Source: an uncultured Alphaproteobacteria bacterium (GTDB lineage Bacteria; Pseudomonadota; Alphaproteobacteria; RF32; CAG-239). From it: DNA of 64,000 nucleotides. Of the stretch, positions 56,661 to 64,000 are shown piece by piece. A model generated the notes under the pieces. The model was not told the origin of the DNA and searched no databases. It worked only from the letters and a program-made list of their open reading frames with translations. Numbering within the stretch: the first letter of the stretch is position 1; each line of letters opens with the position of its first letter. A program made the translations under genes and the position numbers. The DNA is taken from the NCBI GenBank assembly GCA_944391715.1, contig CALXUP010000005.1, positions 4,277-68,276 of the forward strand. Reading direction: 5' to 3'.

Positions 56661-58454
56661 TTATAGCTTTAATTTTTTATCAAGCCGTTCCAGCTCATCT
56701 ATATAACCAGAAATCAGGCTCAGCCCTTTATTCCAAAATTCCGGACTCTTGGCATCCAGGCCGAAAGGTTTGAGCAGCTGGTCATATTTTTTGCTGCCGG
56801 TATGAGCCAGCATATCAAGATATTTGTCTTCAAAATTCTTAACCGAACCCTCCTGATAGACCTGATACAGAGAATTGACCAGGCAATCGGCAAAAGAATA
56901 GGCGTAGACATAAAACGGCAAAAAGAAGAAATGTCCGACCTGCGACCAGATATGGGCAGAGTTCTCATCAACCACCACAGACGGGCCGAGACAGGCTCTC
57001 ATCTCCTCAACCCAGATTTGGCACAAGCGTTCATCGGAAAGTTCGCCGTTTTTGCGCTCATTATGGGCACGGGTTTCAAAAAAGTGAAAACTAATCTGGC
57101 GCAACGCGGTATTAATCATATCGTTTACCTTGCCGGCAATCAGACAGAGTTTGTCTTTGTCATCTGTGGTCCGGCGCAGCAGCGACTGGAACGTAACCAT
57201 CTCGCCGAAAACGGAAGCGACTTCTGCCAAAGTCATCGGCATATCATCGTTTAATGCCCCCTGAGCCTTGCTCAGACGCATATGGCAGCCGTGTCCGAGC
57301 TCGTGCGCCAGGGTCAGTACGTCATTTTGCTTGCCGACAAAGTTCAAAAACAGATACGGGTGCATTTCATTGGAGCAGGAATGCGCAAAGGCGCCGCTTC
57401 TTTTGCCGTCGCGCGGCGGAACGTCGATCCAGTCGTTTTTGAAAAAGTCCACCGCCTGCGCATGGAGCTTGGGTGAAAATTCGTGATAGGCGTTCAGCAC
57501 GGTATCAACCGCCTCTTTCCAGCTGTAATGCGTGTCATGGCAGAAAGGCAGCGGGGCGTTTCTGTCCCAGTACTGAATCTTTTTAACGCCGAGCCATTTG
57601 GCCTTGAGTTTGTAAAAGCGGTGCGAAATTTCGGCATATTTTTTGCGCACGGATTCAGCCAGTGCTTCAACCGCCGCGTCTTCCACATTCTCGGCCAGAT
57701 TGCGTTCGGCTATCGGCGTTTTGAAACCGCGTTTGGCATCTTCCGTTGCCTTATCTTTAATGACCATATTGTAGATAAAGGAATACAGCGCAGAATTTTC
57801 TTTGCTGACGCGATTGAGCTCTTTTCCGGCTTTTTCCCTGACTTTCGGATCTTTATCCAGCAAAAGTTTGCTGATTTCGGCATCGTTGTAATTTTTGCCG
57901 TCGACGGTATAAACCAGGCGCGACGAGCTTTCTTCATACAGCCGCACCCAGGCGCTGCCGGAGGTCAGCGATTTTTCCAGCAAAAGCTCTTCCAGTTCCT
58001 CAGAAAGCTCATATTTTTTAAAACGGCGGACACGTTCCAGCCACGGTTTGTAAAAAGCAACGGCTTTATCTTTCAACAGCTCTTTGACCTGAGCATCGGA
58101 AAGTTTGTTGATTTCCAGCGTAAAGAAAACAACCGGCTTGCCATAATCGGTGAGTTTTTCGCTGATGGTCTGATAAAAGGCCACGGCTTTGGCGTTTTTC
58201 ATCTGGGTATTCATATTCAGGCTGGCAAAGCTGGCCAGATTTTCCGCTTTGATTACCATTCTTTCATAAGTTTGCAGCATTTTGGCAAATTCCGCTGCGC
58301 TTAATCCGGCGATTTTACCTTTGTATTTTTTGGCAAAAGACAGATTGTCCTTTTGGTATTTTTCCAAATCTTTTTCTATGGCCGGATCGTCCATGCCTTT
58401 ATATAAATCGCTCAAATCCCAGCCGGGAAGTTTTTCTTTTTTTTCGGCCATCAA
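56661..58454 (-). CDS. pepF: Oligoendopeptidase F (M3 family)
   Basis: HELGHGCH zinc-binding motif; 597 aa M3B architecture. Confidence 0.85.
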   Translation of the reverse strand: MMAEKKEKLPGWDLSDLYKGMDDPAIEKDLEKYQKDNLSFAKKYKGKIAGLSAAEFAKMLQTYERMVIKAENLASFASLNMNTQMKNAKAVAFYQTISEKLTDYGKPVVFFTLEINKLSDAQVKELLKDKAVAFYKPWLERVRRFKKYELSEELEELLLEKSLTSGSAWVRLYEESSSRLVYTVDGKNYNDAEISKLLLDKDPKVREKAGKELNRVSKENSALYSFIYNMVIKDKATEDAKRGFKTPIAERNLAENVEDAAVEALAESVRKKYAEISHRFYKLKAKWLGVKKIQYWDRNAPLPFCHDTHYSWKEAVDTVLNAYHEFSPKLHAQAVDFFKNDWIDVPPRDGKRSGAFAHSCSNEMHPYLFLNFVGKQNDVLTLAHELGHGCHMRLSKAQGALNDDMPMTLAEVASVFGEMVTFQSLLRRTTDDKDKLCLIAGKVNDMINTALRQISFHFFETRAHNERKNGELSDERLCQIWVEEMRACLGPSVVVDENSAHIWSQVGHFFFLPFYVYAYSFADCLVNSLYQVYQEGSVKNFEDKYLDMLAHTGSKKYDQLLKPFGLDAKSPEFWNKGLSLISGYIDELERLDKKLKL

Positions 58455-58865
58455 ATATCCCCTTTCATTGCTTTCAACTGGCGCATTGTTTCCCGCATAT
58501 CGGGGTGCGCCTGATAGTATTCTTCCTGCCCGTCAAGATATTCGTCTTCCTCCGGAGTGGACAAATCGGGCGTAAAATAATAGTTGCTCCACGGGCGGGG
58601 CTGTTCTCCCCGCAGCCACATACCCAAGCCGTCGGCAATTACGTTCACGTCGCATCCGGCGCCGGAAAGGACAGCTCCCAACGTGCAGAAAAAACGATTT
58701 TGCTCACAGTCCTGAATTTCATCGGCCAATTCTCCGGTACAGCGGCTGAATCCCCGGTTTTGATTGTCATGGTGCGGTGCAAAAGCCACAATCATAAAGA
58801 AGACCAAAAACCAAAAGATTATCAGGCCGATAAATATTCCAAACCAGTATTGTTTCAAAAAATGC
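58451..58865 (-). CDS. Small membrane-anchored protein with a Cys-rich acidic C-terminal region
   Basis: Start taken at MHFLKQYWFGIFIGLIIF (TM); upstream part of the track ORF overlaps the glmU-like gene. Confidence 0.4.
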
Positions 58866-58866
58866 A

Positions 58867-59604
58867 TTATTTTCCTTCTCGGGCATCCAAGTATTTTTCC
58901 AACAAAGCCAGCTCCTCGCGGGTATTGGCTCCGGCAACTTCTTCCGCACTGCATTCCACCACACCGCACTTCATCCCGCGGCGGTTGGCAATGCTGACGA
59001 CATCTGTTAAATAATACTCGCCGGCGGCATTTTCATTACTGACGGCGCCCAAAAGTTCAAACATTTCCGAGCTGTCAAAACACATACAGCCCGAGTTACA
59101 CAGGTTAATCTTTCTTTGTTCTTCCGTTGCGTCTTTGTATTCGATGATTTCTTTCAGTTCGCCATTTTCAACAATCAGCCTGCCGTAACGTGCCGGATCT
59201 TCGGGACGAAAGCCCAAAACAACAACGGCATAGCCTTCTCTGCGCTTTTTGACCGCTTTTAAAAACGTTTCTTTGGTGATAATCGGATTATCGCCGAAGA
59301 TTACCAGCACATCGCCTTCAAAGCCGCAAAGGTTTTTGCGGGCAGACAATACGGCGTGCCCGGTACCGAGTTGTTTTTCCTGAACGGCGGTTTCATACGG
59401 TGCAACCTCTTTAGCCACCATTTTTCCGTCCGGAGAAACAACAGTGATTATTTTATCTACCCCCATACTTTCCAAAGTTTCCAGAATATGCCGAATCATC
59501 GGTTTGCCTTTCAGCGGCATCATCACTTTCGGCAAATCAGACTTCATTCTGGTTCCCTTACCGGCGCCCAGGATTACTGCGGCGATTTTTTTGCTGTTAT
59601 TCAT
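58867..59604 (-). CDS. GlmU N-terminal-type sugar-1-phosphate nucleotidyltransferase (uridylyltransferase domain only, no LbH acetyltransferase domain)
   Basis: AAVILGAGKGTRMKSDLPKV, EYKDATEEQRKI, GEYYLTDVV closely match the GlmU pyrophosphorylase domain; ORF ends at 245 aa. Confidence 0.65.
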   Translation of the reverse strand: MNNSKKIAAVILGAGKGTRMKSDLPKVMMPLKGKPMIRHILETLESMGVDKIITVVSPDGKMVAKEVAPYETAVQEKQLGTGHAVLSARKNLCGFEGDVLVIFGDNPIITKETFLKAVKKRREGYAVVVLGFRPEDPARYGRLIVENGELKEIIEYKDATEEQRKINLCNSGCMCFDSSEMFELLGAVSNENAAGEYYLTDVVSIANRRGMKCGVVECSAEEVAGANTREELALLEKYLDAREGK

Positions 59605-59704
59605 TATCTTTTTATCTCCAGTTCAAAAATTATGATAATTTTAATAATTCGTATCTTACAATAACAGATATATCTATTTGGTTAACATAAGGCATTATTT
59701 TATG

Positions 59705-61783
59705 AGAAAACTTTTTTTTGCAATATATTTCATTGCAGCATTCCTGACGACGGTGCATAACTCTTATGCCGGAACGCAGGAGGTTATTTCGCTGGAAGAA
59801 GCCAACCGCGTCCGCCAGAGCAGCATTTTGCCTGATAACAGCGCCGCATCTTCCGAGGTTAGTTTTTCTTCACCCAAGCAGATGTTCAATTATATGAAAG
59901 GCCGGCTGAAAAATGCCATTATAACCAAATATGACCCCGACAGCGCCTCTAACGGAAGTACGGCAACCAGTGTGGAAGAAGATCCTCTGCCTCAGGATAT
60001 GGAAGCGCAAAAATCTACTTTTCAGAAAATTTACGAAGATGCCATCAAACGCATAGAAAATGAAGACAAAATGGCGGCGCCGGCTCCTGCTCCTACCATG
60101 CCGTCGCTTCCCAGCCAGCCTCAGACGACGGCCGGTTCTTCCTTTAAGACTATAGACATTTTGCTGCCGCCGTTTAACCAGCGGACAAGAGTTCCGGCTT
60201 TTGAACATATTCCGTATTTGTTTTCGCGGATAGAAGTTTTGCCGGACGGGCTGCTTAAAATTGAAGAAACAATCATTGTCATTGCAAACGGGCAGAAACT
60301 TAAATCGCCACTTATCCTGTCTGTTCCGGGGAATGTGGTTTCCCGCTACGGCGAAATCCGCAAAACGGATACAAGCATTATCGGCGTTACCATCAACGAT
60401 ATGCCGGTGGAATATAAGGTTGACAAGAAAGGCGGCTCGACGCTTTTGATGCCGGTTAAAAACTTTCCTTTGGAAAACGGCGTTTACCGTTATGTCTTTA
60501 CCTATGTCGTCGACCGGCAAATCTGGCATTATTCCGATTTTGACGAGGTATTCTGGAATGTAACGGGCAGCGCATGGAATTTGGTGGTTGCCCGCGCGGG
60601 AGCCAGCATTGTCCTGCCCAAAGGCAGCGAACCGATTGCCCAAAGTATGGCCACCGGTTATCCGGGGCATTTGAACATTAACGACGTTACCATTACCCGT
60701 GATGCGCCCAACGTTGTCGGCTTTGTTACAAAAGTTCCGCTCTTTTTGGCCGAGGGGATGTATATTACGGTAGAAATTCCCAAAGGCGTTGTTGACAAGC
60801 CGACGCTGTCCAACAAAATTGCCTGGGCCATTGCCGATTACGGCGACATTATCTTTGCCCTTATCGACTTATTGGTCATCCTCGGCGCTTACATCGCCTC
60901 GTGGAAATATATTCAGAAGAATCCGAAAAAAGTAACTTTTTCACTCAGAAAAACCCCGATGATGCTGCGCTATCTGGTGAAGGGTACTTATGACAAAGTC
61001 AGTTTCGGCGCCTTTTTGCTTGATTTGTTCAAGAAAAACATCATTGATATTCAGAATAGCGACGGAAATATTCTGTTGATTAAGAAAACAGATAATCTGA
61101 AAGTCCTGAACAGAAACGAGCAACGTGCCGTCAAAGAGCTGTTTGGCAAAAAAGACGCCGTTCTGCAAGTTAAGGACAATATTCTGAAACTCAAGCGCGC
61201 GTCCCGCCACATCGGGCAAGACATAAAAGGCAAGTTTAACCTGTTTGCCCTCAAGCTGAATGCCGGATATTTACTGTTCAGTATCGGGATGCTGGTTTTG
61301 ACGGAATGGTTTATCGCCCTGCTGTCGCTTGATACATTGCCGATTTTTATCTCGCTGCTGATGAGTTCGCTGGCATTCGGCTTTTATCTGGTATTTTTCA
61401 GCATCCGATGGAAAAACAAAGTCATCAACCTTTTGTGCAAAACGCTGGCGCTTTTGTTCTTGGGGCTGACTTTCGTTATCTTCTGCGCAAGAGTCAGTTT
61501 CTGGGCGGCGCTGCTGCTGTGTGCGGCCATGATCGTCATTCTGGTCTTCAGCAAAAAATACACCCGCAGGAGCGGACTGCTGCAGGGGAATATTCAGGAT
61601 GCCCGCAACTATGCCGATTATCTGGTTCAAAACTGTGAAAATATTACTCTCGGAAAGGACTTTTTGACCCAGCAGGCTAATATTCTGGCTTTGGAAGTTG
61701 ACGGGCATTACTCCAAAAATACCGCCAATATCAAAGACTATTACAAGATTGACGCAATAAAAGAAATTATCAGCAAGATGTAA
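59705..61783 (+). CDS. DUF2207-like large membrane protein (secreted N-terminal domain plus C-terminal multi-TM region)
   Basis: Signal peptide; FWNVTGSAW motif region; several C-terminal TM helices. Confidence 0.5.
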   Translation, partial: RKLFFAIYFIAAFLTTVHNSYAGTQEVISLEEANRVRQSSILPDNSAASSEVSFSSPKQMFNYMKGRLKNAIITKYDPDSASNGSTATSVEEDPLPQDMEAQKSTFQKIYEDAIKRIENEDKMAAPAPAPTMPSLPSQPQTTAGSSFKTIDILLPPFNQRTRVPAFEHIPYLFSRIEVLPDGLLKIEETIIVIANGQKLKSPLILSVPGNVVSRYGEIRKTDTSIIGVTINDMPVEYKVDKKGGSTLLMPVKNFPLENGVYRYVFTYVVDRQIWHYSDFDEVFWNVTGSAWNLVVARAGASIVLPKGSEPIAQSMATGYPGHLNINDVTITRDAPNVVGFVTKVPLFLAEGMYITVEIPKGVVDKPTLSNKIAWAIADYGDIIFALIDLLVILGAYIASWKYIQKNPKKVTFSLRKTPMMLRYLVKGTYDKVSFGAFLLDLFKKNIIDIQNSDGNILLIKKTDNLKVLNRNEQRAVKELFGKKDAVLQVKDNILKLKRASRHIGQDIKGKFNLFALKLNAGYLLFSIGMLVLTEWFIALLSLDTLPIFISLLMSSLAFGFYLVFFSIRWKNKVINLLCKTLALLFLGLTFVIFCARVSFWAALLLCAAMIVILVFSKKYTRRSGLLQGNIQDARNYADYLVQNCENITLGKDFLTQQANILALEVDGHYSKNTANIKDYYKIDAIKEIISKM

Positions 61784-61873
61784 AAAAGGGGGATGCACAT
61801 CCCCCTTTTTTGATTTCTAACGGCAACACAAACAGGAAAATATCCGTTGCATTTAATACCGACCCGGGTATTT

Positions 61874-62242
61874 TTAATCCGAAGCTTTGTGATTTAGCCC
61901 TTTGGCCAAATTCATATTAATATCAATCAGGACTCTCAGGCTTTCCGGTTTCGGATCGCTTAAAATATCCATTGTCCGTTTGAAAATAAAAATTGAAAGA
62001 TTTAAAATGTTCTGACGAACTTCTTCCGGCTGGGGGCAATCGTCTTCTTTCATAGCCGAGGCGATAATTGTCCACAGTTTGCGGTTTTTATCCAGTGCCT
62101 CGTCGAGGCCTGCTTTCCCTTCTTCCCAATGTTCCCTGATATAATTAAGTTTGGAAGCCGTATTGATAAGCGCACGACTCTCCAATTCCGATTGCGACAA
62201 TGACTGCATCTCATTGCTGGAATACTGATCGGATTCGTTCAT
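61874..62242 (-). CDS. flaF: Flagellin synthesis regulator FlaF-like
   Basis: About 120 aa; NRKLW...LSIFIFK...LIDINMNLAKGL resembles alphaproteobacterial FlaF as recalled (NRRLW...LSIWVSK...LIEVNRAIMEGL). Confidence 0.5.
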   Translation of the reverse strand: MNESDQYSSNEMQSLSQSELESRALINTASKLNYIREHWEEGKAGLDEALDKNRKLWTIIASAMKEDDCPQPEEVRQNILNLSIFIFKRTMDILSDPKPESLRVLIDINMNLAKGLNHKASD

Positions 62243-62342
62243 TTTTCACCTGACCTATTAAAATAAAATCTTTTTTAACATTAAGCGTATAAAATATGAT
62301 TTATGATATATACGTTTTTCTTCATTTTTTAAAGGAATAAAT

Positions 62343-63203
62343 ATGAACAATCCCAAAAAAATCCTGCTGGCTGCTTTTTTGATGTTATTTTCCGCTCAAA
62401 ATGCCACAGCTTTGGTCAACTTCAGCGAAACAAAAAAAGAACGGGAAATTACGGCTGCCGGTTTTCCCGACTATCCGCCGTTTGGCTACGGAATCACCCA
62501 GATCGACCAAGACAATAAAAAACAAGCCGTCCGACGGCAATATCTTTTTCAGGAGCTTTTGGATGATTTTGCCAAAGAAAATAATGCTAATGTGATTTAT
62601 CTTGACCATCTGACCGATTATAACGGCATTATCCGCGATGTACGCAGCGGTAATATTGACGTTTTGCTCGGTATGTATCATGATACCAAGCTTTATTCCG
62701 GTCTCGACTATGTTTTGCCCGCGCCGATATCCAATCCGATTACACTGATGACCCTGCCCGGCCTGCGCAATGAAATTAAATCTCTGGAGGATGTGAAAAA
62801 ACTTAAAGGAGCCATTTGGGAAAAAGAAATTTTGAGCGATTTCGTTACCGAACAAATGAAAGACTATGACGTTATCAAAATCAAAGATCCGAATGAATTG
62901 TTCAAAAAGCTTTTTACCAAAGAAATCGACTATGTCTTTACCGGTTATTACACCGGACTGATTGAGGCCTCCAAACTCGGACTGCGCAATTATGTGGTCT
63001 TTTCAAAACAAATCATCTGGGACATTCCCGTTTTTATCGGCGTCTCAAAAGTTTCGGAAGACCGCAAGTTTCTTATCGGACGGCTGGGAAAATATCTGGA
63101 AAGACAGGACGTGCAGGAGAAGTTTAAAAAACGTCTGCTGAATGTTATCCACCAGTTTGAAATTATGAACAACAGCGTTACGCCGCCGATGTACACAAAA
63201 TAA
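62343..63203 (+). CDS. Periplasmic solute-binding protein (family 3-like), orphan
   Basis: Signal peptide; bilobed SBP-like pattern; no adjacent permease or ATPase. Confidence 0.5.
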   Translation: MNNPKKILLAAFLMLFSAQNATALVNFSETKKEREITAAGFPDYPPFGYGITQIDQDNKKQAVRRQYLFQELLDDFAKENNANVIYLDHLTDYNGIIRDVRSGNIDVLLGMYHDTKLYSGLDYVLPAPISNPITLMTLPGLRNEIKSLEDVKKLKGAIWEKEILSDFVTEQMKDYDVIKIKDPNELFKKLFTKEIDYVFTGYYTGLIEASKLGLRNYVVFSKQIIWDIPVFIGVSKVSEDRKFLIGRLGKYLERQDVQEKFKKRLLNVIHQFEIMNNSVTPPMYTK

Positions 63204-63290
63204 TCAAAAACCGGTTTCCGGACTTGACCTTTTTATTCTAATGACTAAAATTTATAATCAGGTTAAATTGGGAAATTCAGAGGTTGTAAA

Positions 63291-63956
63291 ATGGTTCTTT
63301 TAATACATCATCCGTTTTCTCCGGCTTCACGCAAAATCCGGATTGCCATGAGCGAGAAAAAAATGCTCTTTGTATTGAAAGAAGAAGAACCGTGGAATAT
63401 GTCTCCCGACGTTTTTAAGCTGAATCCGGCGGGAGAACTTCCGATATTTATCAATGACGGAAAAGTTATTTCCGGCAATTATGCCATATCCGAATTTCTG
63501 GAAGATGCCGACAAAGAAGTGCGGCTGCTGCCGGATAATGCCGAACAACGCGCAGAGGTGCGCCGACTATGCGAATGGTTCGACCTCAAATTTTATAACG
63601 ACGTTTATAAAAATGTGGTGGTTGAAAAAGCGCATAAACGTTTCGGACAGGGACTGGCTCCGGATTCCCGTCGTCTGAAAACCGGTATCAACAACCTTAA
63701 CTTTCATATGGAATATCTGGACTGGTTGTGCGAAAGACGCAATTACATCGGCGGGGAGATGTTTTCTTATGCCGACATCAGTGCCAGCGCGCAATTGTCT
63801 ATTCTGGATTATCTCGGCGATGTTCCGTGGGAAAACTACCGCAATGCAAAACTTTGGTATTCCAAAATCAAATCCCGCCCTTCTTTCAAAGATATTCTGA
63901 AGGACAGCGTTAAAGGGATTCTGGCGGCAAAACATTATGCAAACCTGGACTTTTAG
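63291..63956 (+). CDS. Glutathione S-transferase family protein
   Basis: Thioredoxin-like N-terminal domain with GELP and ISGNYAI(S)E motifs; GST C-terminal helical domain. Confidence 0.7.
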   Translation: MVLLIHHPFSPASRKIRIAMSEKKMLFVLKEEEPWNMSPDVFKLNPAGELPIFINDGKVISGNYAISEFLEDADKEVRLLPDNAEQRAEVRRLCEWFDLKFYNDVYKNVVVEKAHKRFGQGLAPDSRRLKTGINNLNFHMEYLDWLCERRNYIGGEMFSYADISASAQLSILDYLGDVPWENYRNAKLWYSKIKSRPSFKDILKDSVKGILAAKHYANLDF

Positions 63957-64000
63957 GAAAATGCCGATGACAATCAGAAAAATTGCTTTTCCTTTGTGCC

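Noticed and set aside
57483-58304. 273-aa plus-strand ORF inside pepF
   Set aside because: Antisense to the M3 peptidase gene, which has an intact HEXXH motif; spurious.
59870-60670. 266-aa minus-strand ORF within the DUF2207-like gene
   Set aside because: Antisense; Arg-rich low-complexity translation.

Overview
The window is a 64-kb chromosomal segment, about 45-50% GC, that looks alphaproteobacterial. Evidence for that assignment: a GAAC-N7-GAAC LexA box directly upstream of lexA; a Caulobacter-style class II flagellar operon (fliF-fliG-flbE-fliN-flbD, followed by flhA-flhF-flhG-fliK); flaF; a small CDP-alcohol-type pssA next to a small psd; and the yfgM-bamB-der arrangement. Housekeeping content: macA(partial)-macB-OMF efflux, rplS-trmD-rimM-rpsP, ffh, a CoA-disulfide-reductase/rhodanese fusion, lexA, phoB, rpe, a ferritin/Dps-like gene, fba, tkt, an RNA methyltransferase, a PAS-GGDEF cyclase, bamB, der, tRNA-Glu, tRNA-Leu, nrdD/nrdG, pepF and a GST. 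The parts that stand out are accessory. (1) At about 52.6-56.6 kb: a TolC-like lipoprotein with a C-terminal Ig-like domain, an orphan VirB8 homologue, and a glycine-rich small protein whose 3' half drops sharply in GC, followed by a very AT-rich 3-TM small protein. The last two look like a bacteriocin or polymorphic-toxin plus immunity pair. (2) A 1.4-kb repeat-dense non-coding region upstream of nrdD, with tandem NrdR-like boxes, MITE-like duplicated units and 27-nt tandem repeats. (3) A class III RNR whose glycyl-radical domain is a separate small ORF. (4) tRNA-Glu followed by 169-bp tandem repeats that carry tRNA-3'-end-like segments and terminator hairpins, beside a low-GC small membrane gene. 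(5) A CoaD-HD fusion beside a NADAR gene and a flavin reductase with a lysine-rich tail. (6) A triad of paralogous small lipoproteins. Everything is inferred from sequence reading and remembered family motifs; no database search was run.
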